Source: Octopus sinensis (lineage: Eukaryota). Taken from it: a stretch of DNA of 64,000 nt. Of this stretch, positions 11,944-25,702 are shown piece by piece; position 1 is the stretch's first letter; every line of letters starts with the position of its first letter. Made by a program: the position numbers and the translations under genes. The notes under the pieces are model-generated. The model did not search any database, had not been told where the DNA came from, and saw nothing but the letters and a program-made list of their open reading frames with translations. Where the stretch lies: assembly GCF_006345805.1 (NCBI RefSeq), contig NC_043011.1, positions 56,866,464 to 56,930,463 of the forward strand. Reading direction: 5' to 3'.

Positions 11944-12153
11944 CAGTAATCCTTCCCCATATCGCAGTTCACCTATCGTGGTTTATTATTTAATTTTACA
12001 TTGATTCTTCTGTGGTGTTGTTTTGCATTTATAATAAAATAAATATATACAAATTATAAAAATAATAATAAAAAATATAGTACTGTTTCTATTATGCGGA
12101 TTTTCATCTATCACAGGTGTTTTGGAACGTATTACCTGCCATAGTCGAGGGAT

Positions 12154-12158
<5 letters not shown>
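11944..12158. mobile_element. Tc1/mariner (pogo/Tigger)-like MITE
   Basis: Ends CAGTAATCCTTC / GAGGGATTACT form imperfect TIRs around an AT-rich interior. It lies within (TG)n and no clear TA TSD remains. Confidence 0.55.
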
Positions 12159-12203
<45 letters not shown>

Positions 12204-13498
12204 AAGAAACTATTTAAGTATGTTACCAGTTGTATGCCATACATTCCATTTTCTGTCTCTATCATTTGTTATGTATCTATATATATATGTATACAAATGT
12301 GTGTGTTATGCTTCCTCACAGTTTTCAGCCACCAAATTCACTAAGAAGACATTAGTCAGCCCAGGACTATAGTAGGAGACATTTACCCAAGATGCCGTGC
12401 AGTTGGACTGAACTCTGTCGGTCGCTCTGCCATGGCTGCACTAAAATAGATGCGGTCATCATCTCTTTCTACTGCTGTTGTGGGCAAGCTTGGTATTGGT
12501 TCTTCTCCATTAGAGAATACTTTTAATGCTTCCTTCGCAGAATTAGTGCAAATTTGGCATGAAGTGTCCAGCTTCCTTGTGGATGATGTTAGGACAAAGA
12601 AGGTTAGGGAGGAATAAAGATGGCAAGCATTGATGGGGGTGACAGAAAGGAGGATGGATGTATAGAAAGAATTGGAAAGGAAGCATCAGTAAGATTGTGA
12701 TGAGAATAGGTGTGTATTGTTTTTAAAGATAGATATTGTGCTATCTCTTGAACCAGTGGAGCATGACTTCTCCAATATCCTTTAAGCCTCTCAGGTCAGC
12801 CAATTTCCGAGAAATTTACCTAATTGATGGGTGACTGTAATTAGGCAATTATATAATTTGTGAATTCTATCCATACTAATAATGCACACATTTGATTGCT
12901 CGGACACGCTCAAAAGGTCAAGCTATCTTTCACGGAATTACACTCTCTTTCCTTTCCTCTCTACTCTTACTACACCTGTACAATTACAACTAATAATTCA
13001 CCTCCTCTACCTTCAGCTCTTGCCATTACTCCTTCTCCGTCTCCTCCTCTTATTTCTACTACTATGACTGCTCTCTCTTGTGTGTGTGTGTGTGTGTGGC
13101 GTTTGCATTTAGAGGTACCACTTGGAATACAAGGAGCATCGTCACGGGAGGTTCAGTCTCTTTTCACGTTATGTACGTACACAAGACTATACATGCATAC
13201 ATACAGGGAAAGGATAGAGAGAGAGAGAGAGAGAGAGTATATGTGGAAGAAAGACTGCTTGATACTGTTTATAGAGATTAATAATATTTTTATTTTGTGT
13301 TTCAGTTAGTCTGTTGCTACTCTGAGTTTTGCTTGCACAGGGTTTTCAGGCAACTTATGACCAAAATAAGAATATTGTATGTATGTGTATATATTTATAT
13401 ACATATTGGACTTGTCAGTCATGAGGCACGCGACGTGGACAGCCTTCCTGATCTTCGTTCGCGAAGCCGAGCCATATATATATATATATAAATGTCAT

Positions 13499-13893
13499 AG
13501 GTGCAATCATGGCTGTGTGGTAAGAAGTTTGCTTCCCAATCACATTGTTCCAGGTTCAGTCCCACTGTGTGGCACCTTGGCCAAGTGTCTTTTACTATAG
13601 CCTCAGGCTGACCAAAGCCTTTTGATAAATGGAAATTGAAAGAAGCCCATATATATATATGTGTGTGTGTGTGTGTATGTGCATTTGACCCTCCACCACT
13701 GATTGACAACTGGTGTTGGTGTGTTTATATTCCCATAACTTGGCAGTTCAGCAAAAGAAACTGATAGAATTAGTACCAGGTTTAAAAATGAAAATAAGCA
13801 TTGGGGTCGATTCCTTCAGCTAAAATCCTTTAAGGCAGTGCCCCAGCATGGTAGCAGTCTAGTGACTGAAACATGTAGAGGACGAAGGATAAA
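13499..13893 (+). mobile_element. Full-length CORE-like SINE
   Basis: Same head, core and tail as 7784-8452. Confidence 0.85.
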
Positions 13894-14372
13894 GCTTAGC
13901 TTTCACCCCATCATTCCTCTAAGTTTTCAAACATATATGTCTGTGTGTGAAAAGACAAAGAGATAATATATTAAAGTATATTAAATATCACTCATCATCA
14001 TCATCATCATCATCATCATTGTAATCTTCATCATCATCATCAATACTAATAATATGTTTTATTCTTTCATCTCACTGAAAATACATCACACTACCACATT
14101 TTGAATTAATCCATGTGTTATATCTGTAATTAATTCATAGCTAAACAGTAGCATTGCTATTTATAACATACATTTCTTGCAACAAATCAAATGGGAAATT
14201 TTGATTTTTAAAAAAAATTTATTTTAATAGATATTTTGTTATTTTGAGAAATTATTCTTCATTTTAATATTTTGTGTAAGAACTGGGAAATCTGGTAAAG
14301 GTAAAATTATAATTATTGTACTTTTAGAAGATTACCTGACATTATCAACAGTGACAAAAGTACTTTTCCAAT

Positions 14373-14429
14373 GTTATCTGTCATGTAATGGGTAACACAC
14401 TAATATGGCGTTCGAATCCTACAGGCAAC
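14373..14429 (+). other. Truncated tRNA-like relic (A box + perfect B box, no anticodon arm)
   Basis: GTCATGTAATGGGTAACAC is D-arm-like and GTTCGAATCC lies at 14410-14419. The ends GTTATCTGT / ACAGGCAAC pair imperfectly. Confidence 0.45.
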
Positions 14430-14455
14430 GTTACCGTTTTCTAATTTTTTTATAT

Positions 14456-14486
<31 letters not shown>

Positions 14487-15239
14487 TATGCACTTATATA
14501 TCTAACAATAGAAAATCTGCCTCAGCAAATTCCATCTGACCCACGCAGGCATGAAAATGTGGATGTTAAAAATGATGATGATGATACTATATATATTTAT
14601 ATATATATATATATAAACAGACATGGAGCCTGAACAGCCTCGCAGCTGGTCAGCCCCTGTCAAACCATCCAACCCATGCATGGAAAACGGTTGTTAAATG
14701 ATGATGATGATGTGTGTGTGTGTGTGTACACATATACACAGACGTGCCTATATGTTCATAATACTTATAGGTTTTGACAAGTGTCAAAGCCCAAAACTCT
14801 GGGCTCTTGGATTACTGTGTAACTTCTGCCAGTTAAATACAAATAAATACCTAATACTCACACACATGTGTGTGTGTGTACATCTGTAAGTATAGGCATA
14901 TACACATGCACACACATATATATATATCATCATCATCATCATTGTCATAGGATAAGTCAGAGGAGAAAGAGTAAAGTTGTACAAATACTTTTTTGTACCA
15001 GCATAGTTATCATTATTATGATGCTGATGATGATGAAGAGGATGTACATAAAATCCCCGTATCGACCCTTCTGGTAAATTCTTGTCTTTACCCCCCCCCC
15101 TTTTGTTTATACGTTTGGAAATTCTAATAAAGGCAGATTAGATATTAGATATGTTGATTTATTTCCTTAGCTTGCTACACATATTTCTATGTCCACATCT
15201 TAACTTTATTAACCAGTCATTTCCTCTAGTCATCTAATT

Positions 15240-15278
<39 letters not shown>

Positions 15279-15502
15279 AGGTGTGTGTGTGTGTGTGCGT
15301 GCATGCATGTATGTATAGAACGTGTTTCGCTCTGTGCATTTAAAGCAATAATATACAAACATCTTCATCTTTTAATGCCGTCCTGTCTAACAATCAACAT
15401 TCATTGTTTCCCTTCTTATCATCAGTGGAATTATTCGAAAGATAATAAACGGTTTGATCAATTTTTGTGGTGTTCAGTTTCTCTTAGAATTTAATCATTT
15501 AA

Positions 15503-15540
<38 letters not shown>

Positions 15541-17159
15541 CAGTGATGCTGTTGGTGATAACAGTGGTTGCATTACTGCTGCTGCTGGTTTCTTTTGATT
15601 AAGAACTAGATTGATGGTGTTGTCTAACTACAGCTCAACTCTATCAAGCAAACTTACGATCAAAGCTATCCAACCCTGGCCATCCCATCTTAATTTTTAG
15701 ATACAGTGTTCAGGGCTGTTATTCCAATGCCTTCTTTATAGTTTGATGGAAGTGGCTCTTATTTCCAGCAGATTGGCTGACTATGTAGACATTCCATATT
15801 TGGCTTGTAACCTAAAGTTATTTTTTTCACAGGACAAACAATAATAATAATAATAATAATTTGTTCCACAGGCACAAAACTTGGGAGTGTTGTTGATTAT
15901 CTTAGACCCAGTAGTGTGGTACCTTGTCACTACTGTCATCCCACCCAATCCTACCCACCCTTATATAATGCAGTCTACCCATCTCCTCTTCAGCAAAACA
16001 CTTAACTGTCTATCATCCTCTCAGTACCTGGCATAAGGCCACCTTTGCCTTTTCTCAAGTACCCTCACCCTCAAACACACACACACACACACTTCTTCGA
16101 GGGGGCTTTTTCCTTTCCTATTTTTTTTTTGTCTTGCAAGTAACTTGGTGACTTCAGGAGAGCCAGTGGCTTGAAAAAGTGCCGAGTACACACTGTGGTT
16201 GACATTAGGAAGGGCATCGAGCTGGAGAAACAGACAATAGGAGCACAATGCAGTCCTGTGGCTTGCTGGATCCTGTCAAACCCTCCAACTGGACATTAGA
16301 TGATGACAACGATGATGATGTTGATGATGACCCTGGAGAGATTCAAGAGATTAAAGGTGAACATACCTTGGTGCATTTTGAACTCAGAATGTAAATAGTT
16401 TGAACAATTACTGTCTGCAAAGCATTACACTCAATGCTTTTCTGGTTCTGCCAACTCAGAATTACAAATTTCTTGAGGAATTGAATGTAATTGATTGATG
16501 CCAACTCACCGTTTATACCTGGTTTTTGTTTTTATTGACCCTGCCCCTCCTACTTTCCGGTGATGTGGAAGTCAACTTTGGAATGAGACAATTTGGCACA
16601 GCTGTTTGGGTGCTGATGATTTGACTTGGCTGATTGGACACTCACCCTGTTTTGGTGATTGTACTTTTTGGCAATGGAAGCAAACGCACGCACATACATG
16701 CGCATGCATAGATATAAAGAGAGAGATTTTTGTTAATTGAATGTGATTGACATAAGTGTTGACCCTCTCCTCATACACGTAAAGGAAAATATTCCCACAT
16801 ACAAACAGAAAGAAGAGGAGGAGGGAGAGAAAGAGAGAGAAAGAAAGAAAGCAGAGGGAAAGAGAGGGGAGTGGAGGAGGGAGAGAATGGGAAACTTTAA
16901 AACATGTGATATCAAATAAGTCAGTATTGAATCAGTAATGCCAAACAGCTGTGCCAAAATGTCTCATAACGTAGAGTTTGATCTCAAAGTGTAAAGGGAT
17001 TAAAGAGATGTATGTTGGCACATTGCTGGAGGTGGGAAATTGTCAAGTAAATCAATACCAGTATATTACTGGTATTTCATTTTAAGAACTCTGGAAGAAT
17101 TAAAAACAGAGTTGAGATTGTTGGGATCTGAACCCAGAATAGAAAATGACAGGGTATCA

Positions 17160-17340
17160 GGCCATCACAGGGTTTAACCCTCAGCCTAGTTACTGATGGG
17201 CCTCATTTTCACTTGTGAGGTCTGGAGCAACATGAAGTGAAGTACCTTGCTCAAGAACACAACTTGTTACCCAGTCTTGGAATCAAACCCACAGCTTCTC
17301 AAGTCACTCTCAACACCCTAACCACTTAGCCACACGCCAC
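17160..17340 (-). mobile_element. Second tRNA-headed CORE-like SINE family, degenerate
   Basis: Minus strand reads GTGGCTAAGTGGTTAGGG...TTGATTCC...GTGTTCTTGAGCAAGGTACTT. Related to 44647-44945 and about 1700-1810. Confidence 0.65.
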
Positions 17341-17594
17341 CATCGTATGTTCTATCGATCAGAGCTAAACTACAACCAGGGTTCTTATTTTGTCCACTGG
17401 GTCAGAAGGAATGGTAAAATCAAGGTGACTGCAAGATTTGAACTCGAAATCCTGGGACATCAGAAACTGAAAGATACTGTAAATATTTATTTCACAGTAA
17501 TTTAGCTTCTGTGATGAAGGGTTGAGATCATTGGAAAGGATGAAATCTATTCATTTCTTTAGCCACTAATGTCAACAACAGCACCAACAACCAG

Positions 17595-17632
<38 letters not shown>

Positions 17633-17861
17633 GTAGTTTTAAGCAAAACAAAAAAAAACTGTGTAAATGAAATGAATAAAACTAAAAATAGGATTTGTTT
17701 GCCTGAATTGTTTTTTTTGTTTGTTCTTGTTTTCTTTCAGACAGTGTTGTTGAAATCAGACTGTGATATTGATTTCATTGTTCTCTCTTTATCCTGTATC
17801 TGACAGACAAGTATTAAAATGTCACATTTTATATTTCTTTACTGCCCTCTCTTACTGCCTG

Positions 17862-17864
<3 letters not shown>

Positions 17865-17899
<35 letters not shown>

Positions 17900-17918
17900 T
17901 GTGTGTGTTTGTGTGTAC

Positions 17919-17968
<50 letters not shown>

Positions 17969-18003
17969 ACTCGTGTATATATATATGTGTGTGTGTGTGT
18001 TTG

Positions 18004-18043
<40 letters not shown>

Positions 18044-18078
18044 ACTCGTGTATATATATATGTGTGTGTGTGTGTTTG

Positions 18079-18132
<54 letters not shown>

Positions 18133-18150
18133 TACATATGTATGTGTATA

Positions 18151-18192
<42 letters not shown>

Positions 18193-18302
18193 CACACATG
18201 TGTATGTATGTGTATGTATATATATATGTGTATATATATATATGTATGTATAAAACATATATATATATATATATATATTATACACACACACACACACACA
18301 CA
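17865..18302. repeat. Compound (TA)n/(TG)n/(CA)n microsatellite with a 75-bp internal duplication
   Basis: TGTACACAACTCGTGTATAT...GTGTTTGTGTGTAC occurs at 17961 and 18036. Confidence 0.9.
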
Positions 18303-18739
18303 GGGAGTTACTTACTTGATTCCAACTCTACTGGACTCAATTCACAGTTTCCGAAATATAAAAACCAAAATACCATGTTGATTTAATCATTATTGTTAAC
18401 TGTTAATTGTAAATTAAGAATATTTTAAGAAAACAATAACAAATGATAATAAATATGAAACTATTGTTTTTCTAGCATGTGTGTATGTGTGTGTATATGT
18501 GTGCGTGTGTGTGTATATGTGTGCGTGTGTTTTACTCCGTCTTTGGTTGTTGGTTGGGGCAATTTGTTACTCCTCATCTGCAACAATGTTTTCTTCATGT
18601 TCTGAATGTCTAGAAGAGAGTAAAACAACAGGTTATCTTGTGGGGTGGCCTGGCTGATATTGCCACTGATACAATATGAGCTCCTAGCCAAAACCTTGTC
18701 TTGGTGATGTTGGTGTAGCAGCAGTAGTAGTAGTAGCAA

Positions 18740-19400
18740 TTTTGGGGGAGGGGTATGTCAATTATGTCGACCCCAGTGTGCAACTAGTTCTTATTTTAAC
18801 TGCTTTGAAAGACTCTTAATGACCAGGCATGATGGTTTTTGATTCAGGCTGAAGGTCAGTCTGTACCATCAGACCCCAGCAGTGCTTGACTGGTACTTTA
18901 TTTTGTCCATGTCCAAAAGGATGAAAGGCAAAGTTGACCTCACTCAGGATTTGAAATGGTAATGAATGTGTCTAACTTAGGCATAAGGCCAGTAGTTTAG
19001 AGAGAAGGTTGGTGATCAGGATGATGTGAGTGAGGGTCAAAGACCTCAGTGATATTTGAACTTTGATTGCAAAGAGCTGCAAAAAATATTGCAAAATATT
19101 TTGTCCAACATCCTAACAATTCTGACATCCCCATCACTCTGAATGACAATATCGATGATGATGATAATAATAATAGTCCTTTCCACCCTAGGCACAAGGC
19201 CTGGGTTTTTATGGGTGAGGGGTGGGGCTAGACGATAACATTAACCCCAATATATGGCTGGTGCTTATTTTATCCACCCCAGCTGGATGAAAGGCAAAGT
19301 CAACCTCAGCATAGTTTGAACTCAGAACATAAGGACAGACGAAATGCCGCTAAGCGTTTTGTCCAGCATGCTAATAATTCTGCCACTTTGTTACATCAAT
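18740..19400 (-). mobile_element. Tandem cluster of Meta-domain-like SINE copies
   Basis: Repeated GGATGAAAGGCAAAGT(T/C)GAC / TTTGAACT motifs. The best copy is about 19175-19395. Confidence 0.7.
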
Positions 19401-20971
19401 AATAATAGTAATAATAATAATGATAATGAATAATGAGGATGATGATGATGATAACATTTTCAAGTGTCAGTACATTCTACAAATTTGGGGCTGGGAAAAA
19501 TAGTGATTTACATAATTCATTTGTCAGAGATAAAGGATTTAGGCAAGGAAAGTAAATCCTGGTTGGATTTTCAATTTAGGAATGCAAAAAGATGGTACTA
19601 TATTCCATTATGGTACTAAATTCTGCTCTTATAACGAATTATTTCCTAACAATGACACAAATCGTGAATTCAGGTTGATGTTTTAATCAATTATTTCAAC
19701 ACCCAGTATTTGACCAATTCTTAGTTTTATCATTTTTATGGTAGTCTCTATAGATTTTCTTTTGGGCTCGGAGCCAGCATTGTAAGTTAAGATGTTTAAG
19801 GCATTTCATAAAGAAATATGTCTCTGTCAACAATGCAACTGAAGATAAAAAAAGTAGGTAATGGGTGTATATACACATTTCTAGTAGTATTGTCCTTTCA
19901 TCAGCACTTCATCTAACTCATCAACTATCCACGAACACATTGCTTAAATATCCACTAGGTTTTGATGTATATTTAATTACTGGCAAGTCAACAGTATTGT
20001 ATTATGTAACCGTAATATAGTACTAAGTATCTTATAGGTTAATAAGTCAACACTGCATCCTACTATATATAAACAGTGCTATTTCACTTTTAAGGCTTTC
20101 CTCTATAGATTTTCTATAGAGTTCAGAGCCAGCACTTTCACCAACTCAACAAGAGTGAAGGAGCACAGCCAATCTTAATTTGGTTAGAGCTTAGAATCTA
20201 ATGTGATGTCAATACTACAAGAGTTTTTGCTTGACATTCTGACAATTCTGCAGATCTGCCATTCTCTCTTTCTCCCCCCCCCCTCTCGCTCTCTCACACA
20301 CACATGCACACACCTTGTGTAATATTAGGAAGCAAATGGCTATAATGATAATATATCTGCTAATTTAAATAAGCAAGGAATTGCGAAATTTTAATAATAT
20401 TTTACTTTATGTATTTTTAAGTATGATTTTTACTGCAAAACAAAACCATAATGTTATTCACAAACTTTTATAAACTAAAGACACGCAACCCTGTTCTCTA
20501 ACCGCCACTGCCACCGGCATAGAAGGAAAGCAAAAAATTCTCAAATTACAAGAAATATTATGGAAATATATGTAAAGTATAATGTCTATGAGTAAAGTAC
20601 ATCTGATCAGTATTGAGAGAAGTCAGTAAAATTTTGAGATATTACTATTGTCAGCACTTTATATTAAAATAATAGTTGCTAATGTGGGTAGATTATATAT
20701 ATATATACACACACACAAACTATTAATTTTTCATGACTTGTAGATATATGTATGTATGTATGTATGTTAACTTTCATTTATTTTTTAATGACTTATTGTG
20801 TGTGTGTGTATACATATACCCGTACTCAAATAAAAGTGTTTGTAAGCATGTTTATGTATATATGTGTGAGTGTGTGTGTATTTATATATGCAAAGTTGCA
20901 TCTTTACATATGCTCTTCCTTAGTTCTAAGTTTACTCTCATTGCATGTGTTGTAACACAAGCCAGTATGCA

Positions 20972-21019
<48 letters not shown>

Positions 21020-21027
21020 TGTGTGTG

Positions 21028-21076
<49 letters not shown>

Positions 21077-21118
21077 ATCTATCTAAGTATCTATCTATCT
21101 ATCTATCTATATATATAT

Positions 21119-21169
<51 letters not shown>

Positions 21170-21541
21170 CATACACACATATATATATACACACACATAA
21201 ACGCAAAAGTACATGCATAAGTAAGCAAACAGAATTCAGAAATGTGTTTCTATCAGATGAAAATGTATCTAATAAACAACAACTAAAGAAATAAAAAATA
21301 ATAACAACAGCAAAAACAACAAAAAAGGAAGTACACGGAGAATGTGTTTGTAAATGGTTACTGAAATTACAGGAGGAATCTTAAAAATTATCAAGTAAAA
21401 TTGAAAACTATAGATTTCAATAAAGTTTTAAAGGAAGAAAAAATATTTACAATTGCTGATAAATATATTTAAAATTATCTTTTACGTCTAATAGCAAATT
21501 ATTTCTCTTTCTCTTTCCTCTTCTGTGTCTGTCTGTTTGTC

Positions 21542-21586
<45 letters not shown>

Positions 21587-21739
21587 GTCTCTCTCACTTC
21601 CTGAAATCTGAAGTAACTCACAAATGCTTCCATAGACTCAATAACAACTTCAACTGCCAGAGAATAAATAATAAATACCAAAGAGTTGCATGAGATGGGA
21701 AAGATTTCATAATTCCTGACAAACATTTAGAATCAATCA

Positions 21740-22370
21740 ATCATTGTCATCATCACTATTGCCATCCTCCTCCTCCTCCTCCTCCTCCTCCTCATCATCA
21801 TCATCCTCGTCGTCCTCACCACCACCATCATCATCAACCTCCCCTCCTCTTCTTCCTCACCACCATCATCATTCCCTCCTCCTCCTCCGCCCCCTCCTCC
21901 TCTCCTCCATCATCACTGCCACCATCATCCTCTTCATCTTCATCATCATTGACAGCAGCAGCAGCAGCAGCAGCAGCAGAGTTGGTGTTGTAATTGTTAT
22001 CATCATCTGTATTCCTCATCAATTATCGTCGCCGTAATCTTATTATCGTTGTTGTCATCATATTGTTATCGTTGTCCTTATCACCGTTATCATTGTCATT
22101 ATCATCATCATCTTCATAAATTAACAAAATTCAAGATTCTAAAGTATGTTTGTCAGACTAAATGTATTGTTTTTTCTTCTTCATTATCATTGTCATCATT
22201 TGTTATCATCACCATTATCCTTATCATCATCATCTTCTCTGTCCTTTGTTTCTTCTTCACTAACATCAGCATCGTTACCACCATCATCATCATCATCATA
22301 GTGATTTTTCTATTTCTGCTCTTAACACTTCTACAAACCATCAACTACCACCACCACCCCATTATCATAC
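21740..22370. repeat. Low-complexity trinucleotide tract (CCT/CAT/CAG/ATT)n
   Basis: Read directly. Confidence 0.9.
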
Positions 22371-23421
22371 AAGGTTCTTTACCATTTTCCACATGTTGAC
22401 AAGACATTAGACTAGTGTGTCTGCAGACTTGCCTCACATGAGTTGCCCTTATTTTTCCATTAAATTCTGACTCTTTATTAAAAATTTAGCCAACAGCAGT
22501 GACCATCTACCACCCATCCACACACACACACATTCTTACTAGAAGTTTTTGACTTGGTTTTCAGCTTAACATTGCACCCCTGTATCCTTGTTGTATTATG
22601 ACTATATTATCCAAGCAAAGACAAGCTACATTATTATCATAGTTTCAAGATTTCGATGATGTGATTGTTTATCTTTAAAATGACATTGTAGAGTAGGTGT
22701 GAGAGGCTGGATCTGGCCAGTTTGAACAGAAAATTTGGGCAAGATACGACCAGTTTAAATGCTACACACAAAAATCATGCAGTCCACTCTGTAAAGTGGT
22801 TGGCATTAGGAAGGGCATCCAACCATAGAAACGAAGCCAAAACAACAGATAGTTGAAACTTGGTGCAGCCCTCCAGCCATGCCAGCTCCTGTCAAACCAT
22901 CCAACCTATGCCAGCATGGAAAATGGAATTTAATGATGACAATGATGATGATGATGGCATCGTGTGCTGTTGTATAGACTTTGTTGACCTTCAGATTTAA
23001 GGTCCACAAAATCAGTTGTGAACCCCTCTTTTACTAGTAAGGAGTATCGTATTACTCTCTGAATATTTCTGTTGCTCTTATGAATCACAGGTTTGGATTC
23101 TTTCATGAAATGATTTTACATTAATCCATACTGTGTGATATTAATTATAATCTTGTGTTGAAAATCCGTTTCTATTATTTTCTGCTAAATTAGAGACCGT
23201 TGAGTTTACTTCCCAATTGCAATGTGTCTTCATATTCTAGGAGAAAAACAAAATACAAAATCACCCCCACCAAAAAAATAACAAAGTTTAATCTATTTTT
23301 ACCTTATTAAAACTAATTACAGTTAACCAAATGCCTGAAGGAATTAACAAGAATGTGGTAAGAGTAGATCCAAACAGCCAGGTTTTGTCATTGCTAATAA
23401 TAATGATAATCATCATCAGCA

Positions 23422-23463
<42 letters not shown>

Positions 23464-24264
23464 ATTATATATTTGTATGTATGTGTGTGTGTTTGTGTGT
23501 GTGTATATATTTCAATATTACATAGTCACCATACTGTGATTTTTCAGCGTTTTATTCACCTGACTGCTATCAACCCAAATTTGTTTAGAATTTCTTCCGT
23601 TGCACTCACACACACACATACACACACACACCTTCATCGCTTTATTTACTTCTCCTTTTCTAATCTCTGAAGGCAATTCTTCATTCGAGTTTTTATTATT
23701 TTTTTTTATTGTTATTTATTATTTATTCACTTTTTTAAAAAAATTCTTTTTTTTACATTAGAACATTACCTGAATATTTCCATAATAACACTTTTCTCCT
23801 TCAATGTTTACCAGCCGCTAAAAGAAGGTGTTTGGGGTGATGAAGTGCAATTTTGAACTCTTCACGTTCCACCCCACCCTTCCTCCTGCCATCCTTATTT
23901 GACACATTCAGACTTTGTTTCAACACACACACACGGTTCTAAATCTTCTATTTGCTCTTCTGCTTTTTCTCTTTACTCCTTCTTTTTCTTCTATTCCCAA
24001 GTCTTAACCTTATTTCTTTGGTATTTTACACGTTATCAATTTAATCCCACCCCCCACTCCCCAGACAAAAAAAAAAAAACTCTTCCTTTCCTAATAGTTG
24101 TGTTATTAAGTTTGGTGTCACAGCCACAAGATTTCAAATTCAGTTCTGCCATGTCTCATCTTGGTCAAGTGTCTTCTTCTTCTTCCAAAGTTCACGAATG
24201 TCTCATGAGTGAAATTGGTTGATAGAAACTGTGCAAAGCCCATCATACAATGTACATATTTCAT

Positions 24265-24712
24265 CATCCTTTAATGTCAACTTTTCTAGGCTTCCACGGG
24301 TCAGTTTCTTGAGGCAGATTTTCTACAGCCGGATGTTCTTCCTGTCACTAACCCTCACCTATTTCCTGGCAAGATATTTCCCCATGGCTAGATTTGGTTT
24401 TCATGAAAGTCTGGAAGTAAATAACATTGCATGTATGACGATTATGCTCAGTGGCAATTGTGGTGTGAGGACAAGAGTACGCAAACACGCACACACACAC
24501 ACACATGCACATACGCTTATGCACGTACACACACACACGTATGTAATTGACAGGCTTCTTTTACTTTGTGCCTACCAAAGCCACACTTAAAGGTTTGCTA
24601 GACCCAGGATTATTGTAGAAAACACTTGCTCAAGATCCCTTGCAGTGAGATTGAACCCAGAATACGTAACATGGTTGAGAAGAAAGCTTGTTAACCACCC
24701 AGCCATGCCTAT
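24265..24712 (-). mobile_element. CORE-like SINE with RTE-like tail
   Basis: Reverse-complement homology to 969-1394. Confidence 0.75.
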
Positions 24713-25702
24713 ACCTTATATGTCTGTAAATGTGTATGTTTATGTATCTGTCTCAATGTCCATCTTTTACATTATCACTGTTCATGTTCTGTAACTTAGA
24801 GGTTTGTCAAAGGGATCAATAAAATATGGACCTTACATAACAAAGCAAATAACTTAACTACCGGGGTCAGTATGAACAACTAATAAACAAAACACCTTGA
24901 AGGTGTTGCTTCAGCATGGCCACACCAAGTGCAAAGACTGGAACAAAAACAGTCAAAGAATAAACACACAGCTGAAGACGTTTCTAATATCTTCAAGTCT
25001 GCAGCAAGAAATTAGTTTTATTTAGCTCCGTACTAAAGTAGAAAGAAAAAAATAACTGATTTTTCTATGACAAATTATCATTGAAGGTTAGTATCATGAA
25101 AGACAGTGAAGAATAACAAACAAACAAAACACATCTAATTATATAAAAACTTAATTATATTGACACCGTAGTTTATAATTTTCTGTAACATTTTTTTGCT
25201 CTAATCATATGAGAAAAACCTTTAAACATATACAGATTTTTTTTTTATCTTTATTTCAAACAAATCATTTTGCATTTTTTCTTTTCTTTTTCTATTTTTT
25301 CTTTCTTTCTTTTTTTTTTCTCTCACTTTCCTTGTGAATATCATTTAAATTGACAAATAAAGCAGGACTGATTTCTGTTTGTTGTTGCTGAAATAAACAT
25401 CTTTCTTCTATTTTCTTAGAAAGTTACCTTGATTGGTTGGGAATATTTACAGATGAATATTTTAAAAAGCTGTCGCCATTTTTCAAATATGTTTCGAGTT
25501 TTAGTTCTTATCAAACAAAACTCTGATGAAAATCTTGACTGTGTGAGAATTAGAAAACACACACGCACACATACACGCATATGTATACACACACACATAT
25601 TTATATACATACATACACATGTACAAACATATATGCATATGTATATATATATATATATATATTTTTACACACACACACACTGCATATATACTTCACACAC
25701 AT

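Noticed and set aside
21744-22399. Poly-Ser/His/Ile/Asp ORFs (also 44871-45142 and 42940-43191)
   Set aside because: They come from trinucleotide low-complexity tracts, with no domain or splice support.
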